This document shows positions 39,055 through 52,700 of a DNA stretch of 64,000 bases, piece by piece. Origin of the DNA: Podarcis cretensis (Eukaryota); assembly GCA_951804945.1 (NCBI GenBank), contig OX638156.1:46934001-46998000 (forward strand), read 5' to 3'. A program made the translations under genes and the position numbers. Numbering within the stretch: position 1 is the stretch's first letter; each line of letters opens with the position of its first letter. The notes below the pieces were generated by a model. The model was not told the origin of the DNA and ran no database searches. It saw only the letters and a list, made by a program, of their open reading frames with translations.

Positions 39055-39296
39055 CAGTGGTACCTCAGGTTAAGAACTTAATTCGTTCTGGAGGTTCATT
39101 CTTAACCTGAAAATGTTCTTAACCTGAGGTACCACTTTAGGTAATGGTGCCTCCCGCTGCCACTGCACCGCTGCCACACAATTTCTGTTCTCATCCTGAA
39201 GCAAAGTTCTTAACCCGAGGTACTATTTATGGGTTAGTGGAGTCTGTAACCTGAAGCATCTGTAACCTGAAGCGTCTGTAACCTGAGCTACCACTG
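39055..39296. mobile_element. Tc1/mariner (pogo/Tigger-like) MITE, 242 bp
   Basis: TA|CAGTGGTACCTCAGGTTA ... TAACCTGAGCTACCACTG|TA; reverse-orientation sister of 57275-57516. Confidence 0.92.
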
Positions 39297-42200
39297 TACA
39301 TGCAAAAGCTCTCTCCCACTTGAATGTATGCACACATACCAATAGGATCAGCTATCCAGTGTGGCTCCTCCTCCCCTTCATGTTTACAGCTTAGCCCTGA
39401 GTATAATGGTGTATATGAGAGTTTCTGATACTTCTCCCAGGAACAGAGCCTCCACTAATATCTCAGGAAGGGGGATGTTTACAAGGCCTATTAAGAAACA
39501 TCTTAGTTGCTACTTGGCTGGTGCTAATTCAAATATGCAATTATTGACATGTGGCTATAGCACTTCAGTTTTCCCATGGCTACTCCTGAAAACTATTTTC
39601 CATCCCCTTGAAATTTTTCAGATGTTGCTGCCAGAGCAAGAACCTTTAACATTGTGCTTCACTTTTCACATTAGTTGACATTTCATTGACAACATTAAGC
39701 CCTGCTCAGTTGACCAAAACTGGGGTAGTGAAGGTAAGGATAGAGGGTCAGGATTGTTAGCCACAAGGCCTGGCCTCTGTACTATATGTGTCGAACACAG
39801 CATAAAGTGTAGATGGAAAGAAGACAAGCCAGAAAAATCATGCCAGACTAAGCATAATTCAGTTTCCCTTTCAGGAGATGAGTTGCAATGACTAGGTAGG
39901 ACAAAGCTGTTCGTATCAAGGACTTTGCATTCTGTATAAGGGTCACTGTAAATCTGCATTTGAAGCATTATGCAAAATTGGCAAGGTTTGGATTCACTCC
40001 ACAAAAGTGGCAAAATACACTGAGTTTTCCTACTCATTTTTGGAAAACAGATGAAAAATACACATACATAGATCTGATAGTCTATTGCCATTAACACAGT
40101 TGAACGGCCCTAATTTCTCAATAGGATGATTCAATATTCATTTTTTAATTTCTGCATTTACACATAATATCTCTCAAGAGACACTTAACAGATTCTGCTG
40201 TTGCAGTTTTAATGAGAACTATCAAAGGTTACTATGAGATGATGATCTATACTTAATTCATAGACATCCCCAGACATTTTTGTAATTCAGAGGCTGTTTG
40301 GATTCTTTGAGATAAGTTTTTAAAAATTGTTTTCAAACATTTGTCCTCATTTGAACTGTATAAATATCTGTACTAATCCTCTTTCTTCTTATTGTTTAGA
40401 TATTTGAGGCAAAATTACCATCAAAATAAGCACAAGTCTGAAATAGAAAAATCAATTTAAAAAATGCCAATTATTAGGAAATAAATGGAGACAAAAAAAA
40501 CTGAATAAGGATAACTCTTTGATATGTGTATAGGCGAGAGAGAGAAAAAAATAAACAGGTACATTATACTTTGAACTTGCAGAAGACAAGTACAGTTAGC
40601 ATGTGTCTTATATGGGGGTTTGGTTTCAGGGGTATCATGTACATGCAAAAATCACATATAGTCAAAATTATCATACCCTTGGAGCCACCCCATGGCTAGT
40701 CTGCCTGCCTTCTATAAGGCAGCCAGTGAGGCAGAGAGAGATAGAGATAACATCCTTTCCAGTCATAGAAACAGTGTGGCAGTGGGCAGACCTTGCCCAA
40801 GAAGCAAGTCTGAGAGCTTCAAAGCTCTTTTTATATCTGGTAACCCAACAAAGACTCAGCACAAAAGAGCTTTTAAGTTCTCAGGCTTGCTTCCTAGGCA
40901 AGGTCTGCTTGGCATGCCAGCTCTGGGACTGATAGGGAAAATCTTACTCCCATGAGATCTTGCAGGAGCATCCCCCCATTGGCTCTGTATAGTTGAAACT
41001 GCACAGGTTAAATGCACGTAGGATGGGGGCATACTGTATTCATTATACTGAATACCTAACAAATTGATCCAATCACAACAACAACAATTGGCAGAATGGA
41101 AGACATCCTGCCTGCTAGTCTGATTCTGAGCACACTTCAAAATTCTTTTAAGATGCTCACTTTTAAAACTTCTGTGCCACTTGAAATCTAAATTATTGCA
41201 AGATGTTGCACACCTCTACTTCTGAACATGGTTCCCTTCCTGCAGAGGGTAGAGCTGGGCAATGCTGACTGTGAAGAATGTATAAAGACATGAATCACAT
41301 TGGTTGCTCTTACCCTTTTTGCTCCTGGTGCTGCCTATCATGGGTATTCCCCTGAGAAGTTGTCTATAGGAGAAATGTGGCTCTTGGACTGCAAAAAAGG
41401 TTCCTCACCCCTGATCTATATCTTCTTTTTGTAAACCACCCAGGGAATGCACTTGGAAAGTGATAGAAAAAGAATGTAATAACAGTGAAATGAATTAAGC
41501 ACTTGTTTACAAAGGCAAGACAGAAAGAAGAGGGAATACACTGAAGACCTTCAGATACCTTATGGCCCACCTCTGTCACTGACAACCTCTGAGGGGACTC
41601 ATCTCCAAATGGTGCAATTAAAATGGATCGAGGTGCTAGCCCACCAAATCCAGTTTTAAGAAGAAACAGACTGTTTGCATTAGGCAAGTGGCAGAGGTAT
41701 GCCTTGAAAAGTGTGCAATGAGTAAATGAGAAGACATATAAACATATCACAATCAAATCATGATGAATGCTCATTGTCATCTAACCACACTATAAGCAAA
41801 TGTTCAATAAAGGTCAGCTATAATCTCACTTCTGTGTAAGCTTTGTGCAAGCAAGACTGGATTAGTGCTCAATACATAGATTTCTAGAGGAGCTGCCTGA
41901 CTACTGGCTCCCTAGGATGCCTGTTTAGAGAATACTGCAACACGATGATCTCCAGGGGGCTTTCCAGGACGTGTGACTGACCACAGAATGGCCTGCAGAG
42001 CAGTGAAAAGCTTCAGAGGGATGATGATTACAGGAGAGCAGTGAAGGATTTTAAAGAAAGTTTAAAAACTGCAGTAAAGTTTTCAAAATCCTCCTTTACA
42101 TGTGCTCCGCCCCCCCCCCCCCCATGTCCTTTGATGTGCTCCAGTCCAATTCCTGGTCAGCTCCATTTTTTGAAATCCCCTGGAGATTTTCTTGCTATTG

Positions 42201-44173
42201 TTTTCTCCAAGAAGCCTTATAATCATCTTAAAGTAGCAGCAACAAGCAAATCCATGCCCCCCTGCACCCCCTCCAATTATCCTAAGCCCTTCCCACATGA
42301 AATGTGGCAGAAAAGAACCTCACTTTCACGGGAGGAGGGGGTGGTTTGGCAAAATGGGGTATGTGAGGATTCGGCACTAAGCACTATACAGCTAATTGCA
42401 GTTTTTATGATAATATAGCAATAGAGTTTGAGAAGTCAAATGATAAGAGTTTTTTTGGATCTAACTAACAACAAAAATCCGTGTCTGGGCTTGAATGAAC
42501 AATAGCAAACAAGTAGCTGAGGCAGAAGATGGAGCAGAACAAATTTCACAGGTTTGGAAGGTCTTTTTAAGCAAATGGTGTTGAAGCCTTTAGCATACTG
42601 ATTATACAGCTGCATCCAAGCTTTATCGCAGCCAGCAGTTTGCTCATAGCCAAAACAAAACAAAAACAAGATTTACCCTTCACATGAATTCTGCATGTGA
42701 AGTTCAGTGACCAATTCCTGATGTGAGATGAAATTACGCTCTTTTTCTGCCAGTGGGTTCTTTTGAGATACATAGCCTCTATCTGGCCACAGCAAAGGTA
42801 TCTGGGATTTCTTCCTCTAGCAATGGGGTATCTCAGGCCATAGGTGGGTGAAAAAAGGTGGCCCTCCAGGAATTTCTCTAGCCCTTGAGATTCTCCCCAG
42901 GCCACACTGACTCACTTCACACCCTCTTGGAGTGTTTATGCCTGGCTGAAATGTGTCCTTGAGCTTCTTGTTTGTCTGGATAGAGGACAGAAAGGGGTGT
43001 GTGAGTGTGCATAACTACTAGCCTAGTGTACAAAAAATTACATTTCTTGCTTTGTTCACTTTGGCCCCTCCCACTGCTCACCCAGAAGGGAATGTGGACT
43101 TTGAGCTGAAAAAAAGGTTTTTAAACTTTGTCCTTTCTCGTTTCAACATTCCATACAATATTGTCATACAAATTATCTCATTGAGCTTTAAAAGGAACCT
43201 TTTTTCTTTCTACTTTAGGTGAGCGAAACCTAAATACTCAACCTACACAAAAGATATTGCTGACATAATATAATTCTGAGCAATGATAACTAAGGAAGAA
43301 AAAGTGCATTTGCAGGTATGTTTACATATGATAATTATCTCTGTTCAATGTGGGTAATTTAGAGAGGTAGTTTGCATTCAGTTTCTAATTTAGAGAGTTA
43401 GAGAGTGGAAAATGTTGGCTTCAGTATAATTAAAAGCCAAGTGACACTTTAGTACACAAATTAATGCCCTAGTTATTCTCCAGTCTTGCCTGCCATGTTC
43501 TGAAAAACTTTTAAAACAAACCTGGAGCCAGGTTTAAATGAGATCTTAGTGGCCATGAAGTGCAATTGAAATTTATCCAATTAAGGCCGTGATTGCTTTG
43601 CATCAGTCTAATTGACTTTTCTAACTGGATGGGAGAAATTGTAGTCAGGGAAGAGTAAAACGAACACAGAACAACACAACTTAACTTAGGCATCTCATAA
43701 TGCCTTTGATCTGTTGCAGATAAGTCAATGCATGCAGATTGAGGGCAATTAACTGGCCATGAATCCTTTTAAACTCACATTGAACACTGGGACCAAGCAA
43801 GTATGGTAAAACACAAAACAAGTGTTAAGGAAATAAATGGAACCTTGGGGTTACGACAAGATTTTCATTCTCATGTTGAACAGAACACTAAGTCTTCAAG
43901 TGGTTAACAACATTTAATTTCCAAGTCCTAGATATTCATTTTATTTGTAGGAGGCCTGTCCACCAACCACAAGTTTTTGTTTGGACCCCAAATCAGCCCT
44001 TAGTAAAACAGCAAGCTTAGCTTGGGCCAATTCAAAGCTGCCTGATTTGGCTCAAAGGTCCACATTTGCTTCAGAAAAGTACACCTGCAGAGGCACTGAA
44101 AGAAACACAACAACCTTCCTGAACAGATATATGATTATATCAACATTTCATCTCCATACATTGTTACATCACT

Positions 44174-44450
44174 TTCCCAGCTTCTGCCAACCTAGCAGTT
44201 CAAAAGCACACCAGTGCAAGTAGATAAATAGGTATCGCTGCAGCGGGAAGGTAAACAGCATTTCCGTGCACTCTGGCACGCGTCATGGTGTCCCATTGCT
44301 CCAGAAGCGGTTTAGTCATGCTGGCCACATGACCTGGAAAGCTGTCTGGACAAATGCCGGCTCCATCGGCCTAAAGTGAGATGAGCATCCCACACCATAG
44401 TCAAGTCTAACTGGACTTCACTGTCCAGGGTCCTTTACCTTTACCTTACC
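44174..44450 (+). mobile_element. Sauria SINE, 5'-truncated (different subfamily from 23491-23853)
   Basis: GCCAACCTAGCAGTTCAAAAGCAC...GCAAGTAGATAAATAGGTA...GGGAAGGTAAAC...GCTGGCCACATGACC; tail CCTTTACCTTTACCTTACC. Confidence 0.9.
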
Positions 44451-44703
44451 TATATCACTGTTACATTGTTTCAAAGATTATTTTTATAATTCTGCATATT
44501 AATCTTGTTTTTAAGACAGATGATACAGTAATTTCTCCAAAACACACTGGACTTTTAAGTTTTGTGGCACTCCTGAAAACACTTTGGTCTTGAATTTGCT
44601 GCTTGGTACAAGAGCATAACAAAAGACAGAGAGGATTCTAAAACCCTCCAATGACATTGTTGGTAGCTGGCAGGTAGCCAATCCCTGCTAAGATAGGACC
44701 AGT

Positions 44704-44892
44704 CAGGGGCATAGGAAGAGGCGCGGGGAGTGATGTCCACCCCGGGTGTAATCTCTGAGGGTGTGACAAAATGGTACACCACGGGGGGTGACACCGCGGG
44801 GCCTGACCTGCAGCACACCCGAGCCACATGTCTCTCCTGGGAGTGATGCAGTGGTTTGGGCCCCACGCTGCCTGAAACTAGCTATACCCCTG
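44704..44892. mobile_element. hAT (Ac-like) MITE, 189 bp
   Basis: Perfect 8-bp TSD GGACCAGT (44696-44703, 44893-44900); TIRs CAGGGGCATAG / CTATACCCCTG. Confidence 0.9.
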
Positions 44893-45381
44893 GGACCAGT
44901 GTTGTGATGTGCTAATTGCAGCATTAATGTGACCTATTACAGGAGGTGTGTGTGTGTTTTGCCTGGACCAGCTTAAGGTATATATACTGGGCCAAGGCAT
45001 TCTTTGCCATTCTTGTTGTTCTTGTTCCTGATGTTCCAATAACACCTTTTTGAGCTGAATCGCGGTCTTGGGTCATGCCTGAACCCTCCTACACTTCATG
45101 TCTTTTATGATATTCCTTTGTGTTTTGTGAGCAGTAGGTCTGAACATTTCAGAAATGAGAGGGGTGTTCCTAGAACCAAAGTGAATCTGGCTAGCCCCCT
45201 TGTTACCTTTGCTATTGGATGTTGTTAATATAATCTCACTACCTTTATAGTACTAAAATGTTGGATTTTTGTACATTGCGTTATTTGCTATTGCTTTGCT
45301 ATGTTATTACAAAATTGTTTTTGCACTGTATCATTTTGAAAGGCATTCTGTTTTCTTTGCCATAAGCTGCTTGCACATGAT

Positions 45382-45420
45382 TTGGTGGTGGTGGTGGTGG
45401 TGGTGTGTGTGTGTGTGTGT
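45382..45420 (+). repeat. Compound (TGG)n(TG)n microsatellite
   Basis: Direct reading. Confidence 0.93.
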
Positions 45421-45964
45421 AAAGGTGGCATACAGATATAATTCATAAGTCATTCATTGTTGGACAACAGCATATTATAGGTTGTCCTTTTATTATTGCC
45501 TTTAGAATTATATCTTGTCCCTCCATGGCATGATAGAATGACTAGGTGCTTAATTTAGCATCTCCTTTTAGGCAATCTTGCAAAAGCTTTCATGGCATTA
45601 TCGGTAAATGTTTATGGAAATATACATTGCAAGCATCCTTCCTATATGCCAGTTATTTATAGATTCAATGCAGTGTCATACAGGTTATATTGTGCAGCAC
45701 TTAAAATAATTAAGTACATTGCTGGAAGATGCAGTGAGCAAAATTAAGACCGGAGGACCAAAAGGATTACATAATAAGAGGCTAAAAGAAGTGTTTGTTA
45801 TATCCGTTAATGCACCACACTTTGCGTGGTTAAATATTATAAGTTGATTAGTTGGAAGTGTAAATGGCTATGGAAGGATATTTCATAACCCTGCCCTGGC
45901 CCCAAGCTTATATAATATGAAATATAGTACATCCAATCTCTGTTCCTCAAAACAGTGCTCTTCA

Positions 45965-45965
<1 letters not shown>

Positions 45966-46009
<44 letters not shown>
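45966..46009 (+). repeat. (AAT)n microsatellite
   Basis: About 14 AAT units. Confidence 0.96.
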
Positions 46010-46174
46010 TGCAGTAAAATGTAAGAAAGCTGCACTGGTAAGTCCAAGAGCACAAAAGGTTACAGAGATGATATATAGCCAAGTTATAAACCTCTTATAT
46101 AACACTCATAAGAGTCAAGGAAGAAAGAGAAACAGAAATGGTTGTTTTGAAATGAATGGGCTAACATTGGATAC

Positions 46175-46355
46175 ATGGGAAACTGACTCATACTATGTGA
46201 ATCAATTGGTCCATCTAGCTTAGTGCTGTCTGCCCACTGATTGGCAGAGGATTCCCATGACTTCAGGTAGGAGTCTTGCTCAGTTGAACCTGGAGATACC
46301 AGGGTCTCACCCTTGGAACTTCTGCACATAAAGCTAATGCACAGCCACTGAATGG
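46175..46355 (-). mobile_element. Degenerate tRNA-derived SINE with CR1-like 3' end
   Basis: Minus strand: CAGTGGCTGTGCATTAGCTTTATGTGCAGAAGTTCC...CCTGGTATCTCCAGGT...GACAGCACTAAGCTAGATGGACCAAT...CAGTTTCC. Confidence 0.5.
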
Positions 46356-48504
46356 TGGTTCCTCCCCTGTGATGATCTCTGTAGGAGTACTTCTTGATTC
46401 TACACAGTCAGAGAACAGAGATACCATTCCAGGAGAGAGATAACTTGGCCACAGTAATCCATGCTCCATTAACCTCCCAATTTTATTACTGCAGGCTCAG
46501 GTTTTTGGTGGAACTGTGAGCTGGATTCATATTACACCAGTCCTTAAAGATGTGCATTGGCTGACGATATATTTTTGGTCTGAATTCAATGTTTTACGGA
46601 TGACTGATCCATAAAGTCCTGCATGGTTAAAGCCTAAATTATTGAAGGTGCATTTCCTTGTATAGTCTTTCCCAGAAGTTAAGATATGCCCTGGAAGCCC
46701 TTCTTGACATTCTGCCATTAGTCTCTATACTTCACTCTCCCCACCTCTCTTCTCCCTCAACCTTATACTGTATACAACATTAATGTCTCACATCAAATGT
46801 AACTCATCTGTAGAAAAGACACTGTGACCTGAAAAAAAGAGAGAATTCATGTACCTTTGTAACCCAAGAAAATCTTTAATAAAAAAATATTTAAATGCAA
46901 ATGTGAAATATGAAGTGACATGTGGTTGGGCCTTTTCCATGGTGGCACCCTGACTTGCCCACTGAAATTCAGCTGTCATCTATTATGTTGTCACTTAAAT
47001 GCTAGCTTAAAACCTGGCATTTTATTCTGGTCTTTGGGAATCACTGGTGAAGTTCAGCTGAAATCTGTACATTAGAATAGAGCTTTTATATAATTTTCTT
47101 ATTTTTGACAGTGTAATGACCATAGTTATTTTATTGTTGTTGCTGCCTTGAAATCTTCAGACCAAGAGTAAAATATAAATATTCTTTAAAGAAATGCATT
47201 TAAAGAAAGCAGTATTCATCATCATTTTCTCTTTCTTTTTATTGCTTCCTCATTTATTGATTTTAAGAAACAGCATTGCTCCTTATTAATCCAATATGCA
47301 TAATTGCACAAAAGCTTATTTCACACTGCACAGTTCTTTGACACTGTACAAAATGTGTCTAGCTGCACAGCAGAATAAATCATGCCATATCTGTATGAAC
47401 AAATCTGACCATATCTGTATGAAAATAATATGCGTTAACATCGGAAAAAATTGACACTGACCCAAATGAAAGTATAAATGATATAATTTAAATTTCTAAT
47501 TTCATAATTTTAAATTCTAAACTTCCTTGAGAAATCACAACCCACAACCCGCATACTTCAGAAATACAAGTGAGAAAATAAGGGAGGAAAAGAACCTCAG
47601 TTTTATTCCAGAACCATAAGAAAGGAGATTGGACCTTCCAAATCTGTGTGTATGTGGCCAGGGGTGGGGGAATTTAGTGTGAACAACTGTCAGAAGCATC
47701 CCTAATCAAAAGTGAATAATATTAATCATCCAAACTACAATTTTCATCAGCCCTGTCAGTGAAATGTAATAGCTTTTGTGGCATTCTTTTCTCTCCCCCC
47801 CCCCCCGCCACCTCTTACTACCAAAATTGCTAAAATATATTGCCTATGGGAACAATTACTAAGTGACACTATTATTGACATGCAGTGTTTCACCTTGACT
47901 GGATGAAAGAGAATTTCTTATGTCAAAAAGGTTTTTCAGATGTGCTTTACAGCTTTATCTATCCACCTCACATAAATTTTATAGATAAGCAACTGCCAGA
48001 AATTTGCCACTTGGGACAGACCTGTGAAGGATGATGTTCGACTGAACACTAAATTCTTAATAATTGAATATTTGGGAAAGTATATCTATTTGGCTTTGTT
48101 GATTGCTGAGGTCAAAACCATTTAACTTAGGTCATGTCCTTTCTTTCGGATTTCCTCATACTTCATTTCCCTTGGTGTCTGAATATAAGTAATATTACTT
48201 TTGAAAAGCAAAGCATGAGGCAGTTCCATCAAATAAGTGAAGCATTCACTTCCTGAATTTCATTTTTTTTAAAATAAAATAAAAATAAATCCAGAAATAA
48301 TTCATATGTTTCATCAGCTGGATATCCTTTTCATATTGTTCTAATAATGGATATTTAAAAGAACAGTGTTTTGGGATTTCAGGATTGTTGTAGGAGGAAA
48401 CAGTGTCATGGGTCCCACACAAAAGGGTTCCTTCATTATCCATGTGTTAGCAGAGGTGCGAAAGAAGAAACTATTGAAAAGTTATTCCAACACTACTGAG
48501 ATTA

Positions 48505-48730
48505 AAAATAAACTGCACTTTAGCATTCAAACGTTTCTGATGAAAGTGAGTTACACGGGATGGGGAGAAATTCAATTCAGTTTGCATTTAAAGGCAAACT
48601 TATCTAATTTGCACTTTCTGAAACAATATGGACACTGAAATGCAGTCATCTTTTATGAGTTACACCTTTCTGAATTTTGCAATACAGTTCTCTAGTCAAG
48701 TAATGTGTACTAAAGTTCACCAAGTGAAAA
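48505..48730 (+). repeat. Old interspersed repeat with several copies in the window (reverse-orientation copies at about 51545-51983 and 61950-62345)
   Basis: GAAATTCAATTCAGTTTGCATTTAAAGGCAAACTTATCTAATTTGCA here is the approximate reverse complement of TGCAGATTAGGTAAATTTGTCTTTAAATGTGAACTGAATCACATTTC at 51930-51976. Confidence 0.65.
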
Positions 48731-48771
48731 CGTTCCTCTATAACCAACCCTTTGGCTGATTCAACAATCTA

Positions 48772-49776
48772 CCGCAGAACCTCTATTTACGTCCCACTCT
48801 ACTTAGGCCGAAAGTGAGAAGTGGCAGAAAGTGAGGAGGAATTAAAGAACCTTTTAATAAGGGTGAAAGAGGAGAGTGCAAAATATGGTCTGAAGCTCAA
48901 CATCAAAAAAACGAAGATCATGGCCACTGGTCCCATCACCTCCTGGCAGATAGAAGCGGAAGAAATGGAGGTAGTGAGATATTTTACTTTCTTGGGCTCC
49001 ATGATCACTGCAGATGGTGATAGCAGTCACGAAATTAAAAGACACCTGCTCCTTGGGAGAAAGGCGATGGCAAACCTAGACAGCATCTTAAAAATCAGAG
49101 ACATCACCTTACCAACAAAGGTCCGCATAGTTAAAGCCATGGTTTTCCCAGTAGTGATGTATGGAAGTAAGAGCTGGACCATAAAGAAGGCTGATCGCCA
49201 AAGAATTGATGCTTTTGAATTATGGTGCTGGAGGAGACTCTTGAGAGTCCCATGGACTGCAAGAAGATCAAACCTCTCCATTCTTAAGGAAATCAGCCCT
49301 GAGTGCTCACTGGAAGGACAGATTGTGTAGCTGAGGCTCCAATACTTTGGCCACCTCATGAGAAGAGAAGACTCCCTGGAAAAGACCCTGATGCTGGGAA
49401 AGATGGAGAGCACAAGGAGAAGGGGACGACAGAGGACGAGTGTTCTCGAAGCTACAAACCAAACTGCAGGAGGCAGTGGAAGACAGGAGTGCCTGGCGTG
49501 CTCTGGTCCATGGGGTCACGAAGAGTCGGACACAACTAAACAACTAAACAACAACTGCTTAGGCCCTTTCCAAGTTGTGACCGTGGCAAACCCAGAAGTA
49601 AACACCAGGTTTGCCACGATTCATGCACGTGCAGAAGCAGCTGCCCCTGTCTGCACATGCACAGAAGCGAGCTGCCGCCAAATGTGTCTGTGCACAACAG
49701 CGCTTCTACCAGCAACCCGTTTCACCATAAGAACGGGCCTCCGGAAAGATTGTGGTCGTCAGTAGAGGTTCCACTG
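48772..49776. mobile_element. pogo/Tigger-like MITE split by a Bov-B insertion
   Basis: Left TA|CCGCAGAACCTCTATT and right AGTAGAGGTTCCACTG|TA are imperfect TIRs; about 250 bp remain after removing the Bov-B and one TSD. Confidence 0.7.
48810..49554 (+). mobile_element. Bov-B (RTE) LINE, 5'-truncated within the RT domain
   Basis: MAESEEELKNLLIRVKEESAKYGLKLNIKKTKIMA...FTFLGSMITADGDSSHEIKR...KAMVFPVVMYG...DAFELWCWRRLLRVPWTARRSN; stop at 49328-49330; 11-bp TSD CT(A/G)CTTAGGCC; CAA tail. Confidence 0.97.
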
Positions 49777-52700
49777 TATGGCCTTCTAAACATGTTTGTG
49801 AGATGGGGGTTATTGAGGGGAGATTTGGTTAATATGTTCTATATTTTTTATTTTCATTTTTTATTTTTATGTTGTAAACTGCCTTGTGATCTTTGGATTA
49901 AGCGTGGTGTATGAATTTAATTCAGAATTCTTTCTATACTAGGGTAGAGTGGGTGAAATGCAAACCAGTGTGAGGAACTGAAGTTAAGACTGGGAATTCA
50001 GAATATGAGAGAAAATGAAACTCACCTATTTTCCCATCCTCATTTATATTCTGTAAATCAAAAAATTGATAAGAATGCCTAATATTGTTCTACAGCACTT
50101 TACAACTTGGATCTTGCTATCATAATCCTGTGAGGTAGATTAATATTAGCCCCATTTTACAGATGGGAGAACTGAAGCTGAAATACAAATGGAGTCCATG
50201 GAATTGTGCTAGAATTTCTATCAAGGCTCCCCCAGGCCGATCCGCAGTACAGCCTTGTAAGCATCACACCAAAGAACTGAAAGGCATAATAAGGGTAGCA
50301 TATGCTGTTTTTTAAACTTCACACTTCCCATCTCAAGATACGCCATTAATATTTCCATATATCATATGGTGAAAAGAGATTGCAAGAGAACAAGCAATCC
50401 AGGAATACCTTGGCTGACCACATGCTGTTCCCTAAATCAAACTAGCTCTCTCACTAGCTGAAAATATAGCAAGTGCAAAGCATTTATAAACGAAGGTCAG
50501 GCCAACTGTAGCTTTTACTAATCAATTATGTTCCTAATGGCAACACTGTCATGTAAAATGATGTCACATTTGGCATAGCAAGGTCTAGTGTTGGCATCAT
50601 ACAAAATAAGCTTCAGCTTCCACATACCCTTCAGTTACCATTTTAATCTGTAAATTTCTTGCCTCCAGCCCCTTGACATAGTCAGCTATTTGGCTAGTGT
50701 GTAAAGGTCCAGCACATTCCCCACCTTGGAAATTATTTATTAGCTTGGTACTGTATACCATCTATTATGTCCAAATGAAGGAGAGAGAGCTGGCCACCAT
50801 GTCTCCTCTATTCTTTAATCTCTCTGTATAAAATTCCTATGTCTTCCTTCAAATACTTTAACAAGAGTGATTGAAATGTTTCTTTCCAACTGATGAAATG
50901 TTCTCTCGAACATTGATTGCCCAGGAACGTATCACTCACATGTCGCGGCTGTACATCATGCTGAACATTAATCACACAATATTTTCCCTGATAGTACGAT
51001 GACAGTCAAGCTATCAAAGCACACAGCCAGCCAACAGCTGCAAATGGAATCAGCTGTACTTTGCCCAATGATGACAGGGAACAAACTGGAACAGGAGACA
51101 CAAGCCGTCTACTTCCATTAATAGGCCTCCATTTAGCAGCAAAATGCTTTTCTAATGGATCTTGAGCCAAGGAGTGCTTGACAATTGCTAGGAAGGTTCT
51201 GTGTAATGCTGATACTTGGGCAACTGGCTTTTGAAACCTACCAACTTGTCTCTTCTCTAATTTGTTTGGCTGGACATCAAAATGAGCCCTGGTGTCCCCA
51301 GGGGCAGCACCTTTCAGGAAGATGCCAAAGGGTGACACCTTAGGGAACCAGGAATTCAAAGGCACAGAACTATGTTTAGGAATAGCACTTTGGGACTCAA
51401 TTGATAATGGTGTGTGTTCTTTGTTAAATGGTTTCAAAATTTTGGAGATAGACTTTGAGAAGTTGGGGAAGTTGCAACAGTTGGGGGAAATCATGTTCCA
51501 CAGCGAGGTTGAGGTATTGGAAATAGGAAGGGGTGAGGGAAGTTAAAAATGCATTATTCAATTTCAGTTTCTCTCAGTTATTGTTTCTAATCCTAAATTC
51601 AGTTTCCATATTTCCACATTGTGCTGGATTTCTTTCTTTCTTTTTAAAAAAGGTTCTCATGAAAATTCATCACCCTTTGTGAGCAAATTTCTTCTAAGAT
51701 GCATGTTTATGTTTACGATTTTGCCCAAAATGCACATTTTTGCAAAGCAATTTCCCTAAATCATGCATTATTGTCTGTTGATTTCACAAATATATGCATT
51801 TTTATGCACACTTTACATGAGTATATGCATTTTGTGCACGCTATTGTACATATTGCTGCATTGCAAAATCTGTAGGAGTGCAATTTTTGAAGGATGGTTG
51901 TGTTTCAGCTTGCTTATTGCTTCAGAGGTTGCAGATTAGGTAAATTTGTCTTTAAATGTGAACTGAATCACATTTCTATCCCTGATAGAGTTAGATATAT
52001 GCTCATGTTTGCGTGCTGTGACAGTCTCTTCCTTCCTGTAGGCATCTGGTAGCACGATCCGGCCCTGGCAGATAAGATACCAAACCCACAGAAGCAACCC
52101 TTTCATTGATCTGCAGAATCTTCCATCTGCTTGAAGCCTAAGATCCAGAACCTTATCCCTGGGAGTAAGAGGAAGAAGTAGCTCTGGATGAATATATGGA
52201 CGGTGTTTACCATAAAGTCATAATCTGTGTTGCACCATCATGTTAAAATATTATACTTTTGAAAAGTCATGAACAAAGCGATATTTTAAAAATAGGCATT
52301 CCAGTTCGTGCATATTTGCATGGCCATAAGATGAATTCAGATAAGACTTTATACCATTTACCTGATGCTTCTTTACCTGATAATTCCATGTTTTATGTGA
52401 TCTTTAACATGATTACAAAAACCACTCCTGGAAATCTGGTGGAATATAGTGGAAGTTCAGCACTAATTTCTATGTTAATTGCTTCTAGGGAAACACCCAT
52501 TTTCAATCCTGTTAACCCAGGAAATTGCATGCGTTTTGTATTGTAATTTCGCTATGGTTTTCATGGATCACACCACCATGGCTTACATGATGAAATTTGG
52601 GACAGCATTCCATCATACATCTCTCCCCCCCCCCCGCTATTTTAATGGGTGAACCATGGTGGAACAAAAGTGTGTATATACATAAAGGGTGATGCTATGC

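Noticed and set aside
47385-47423. Short duplication CCATATCTGTATGAA (also CAATCAGTCCATTT twice at 29506-29534)
   Set aside because: Ordinary replication-slippage duplications with no further structure
48821-49330. 169-aa ORF as a host gene
   Set aside because: It is truncated Bov-B RT with a premature stop, deletions and a TSD
51006-51494. 162-aa minus-strand ORF
   Set aside because: No recognisable motifs or supporting splice structure; overlaps a motif cluster better explained as regulatory
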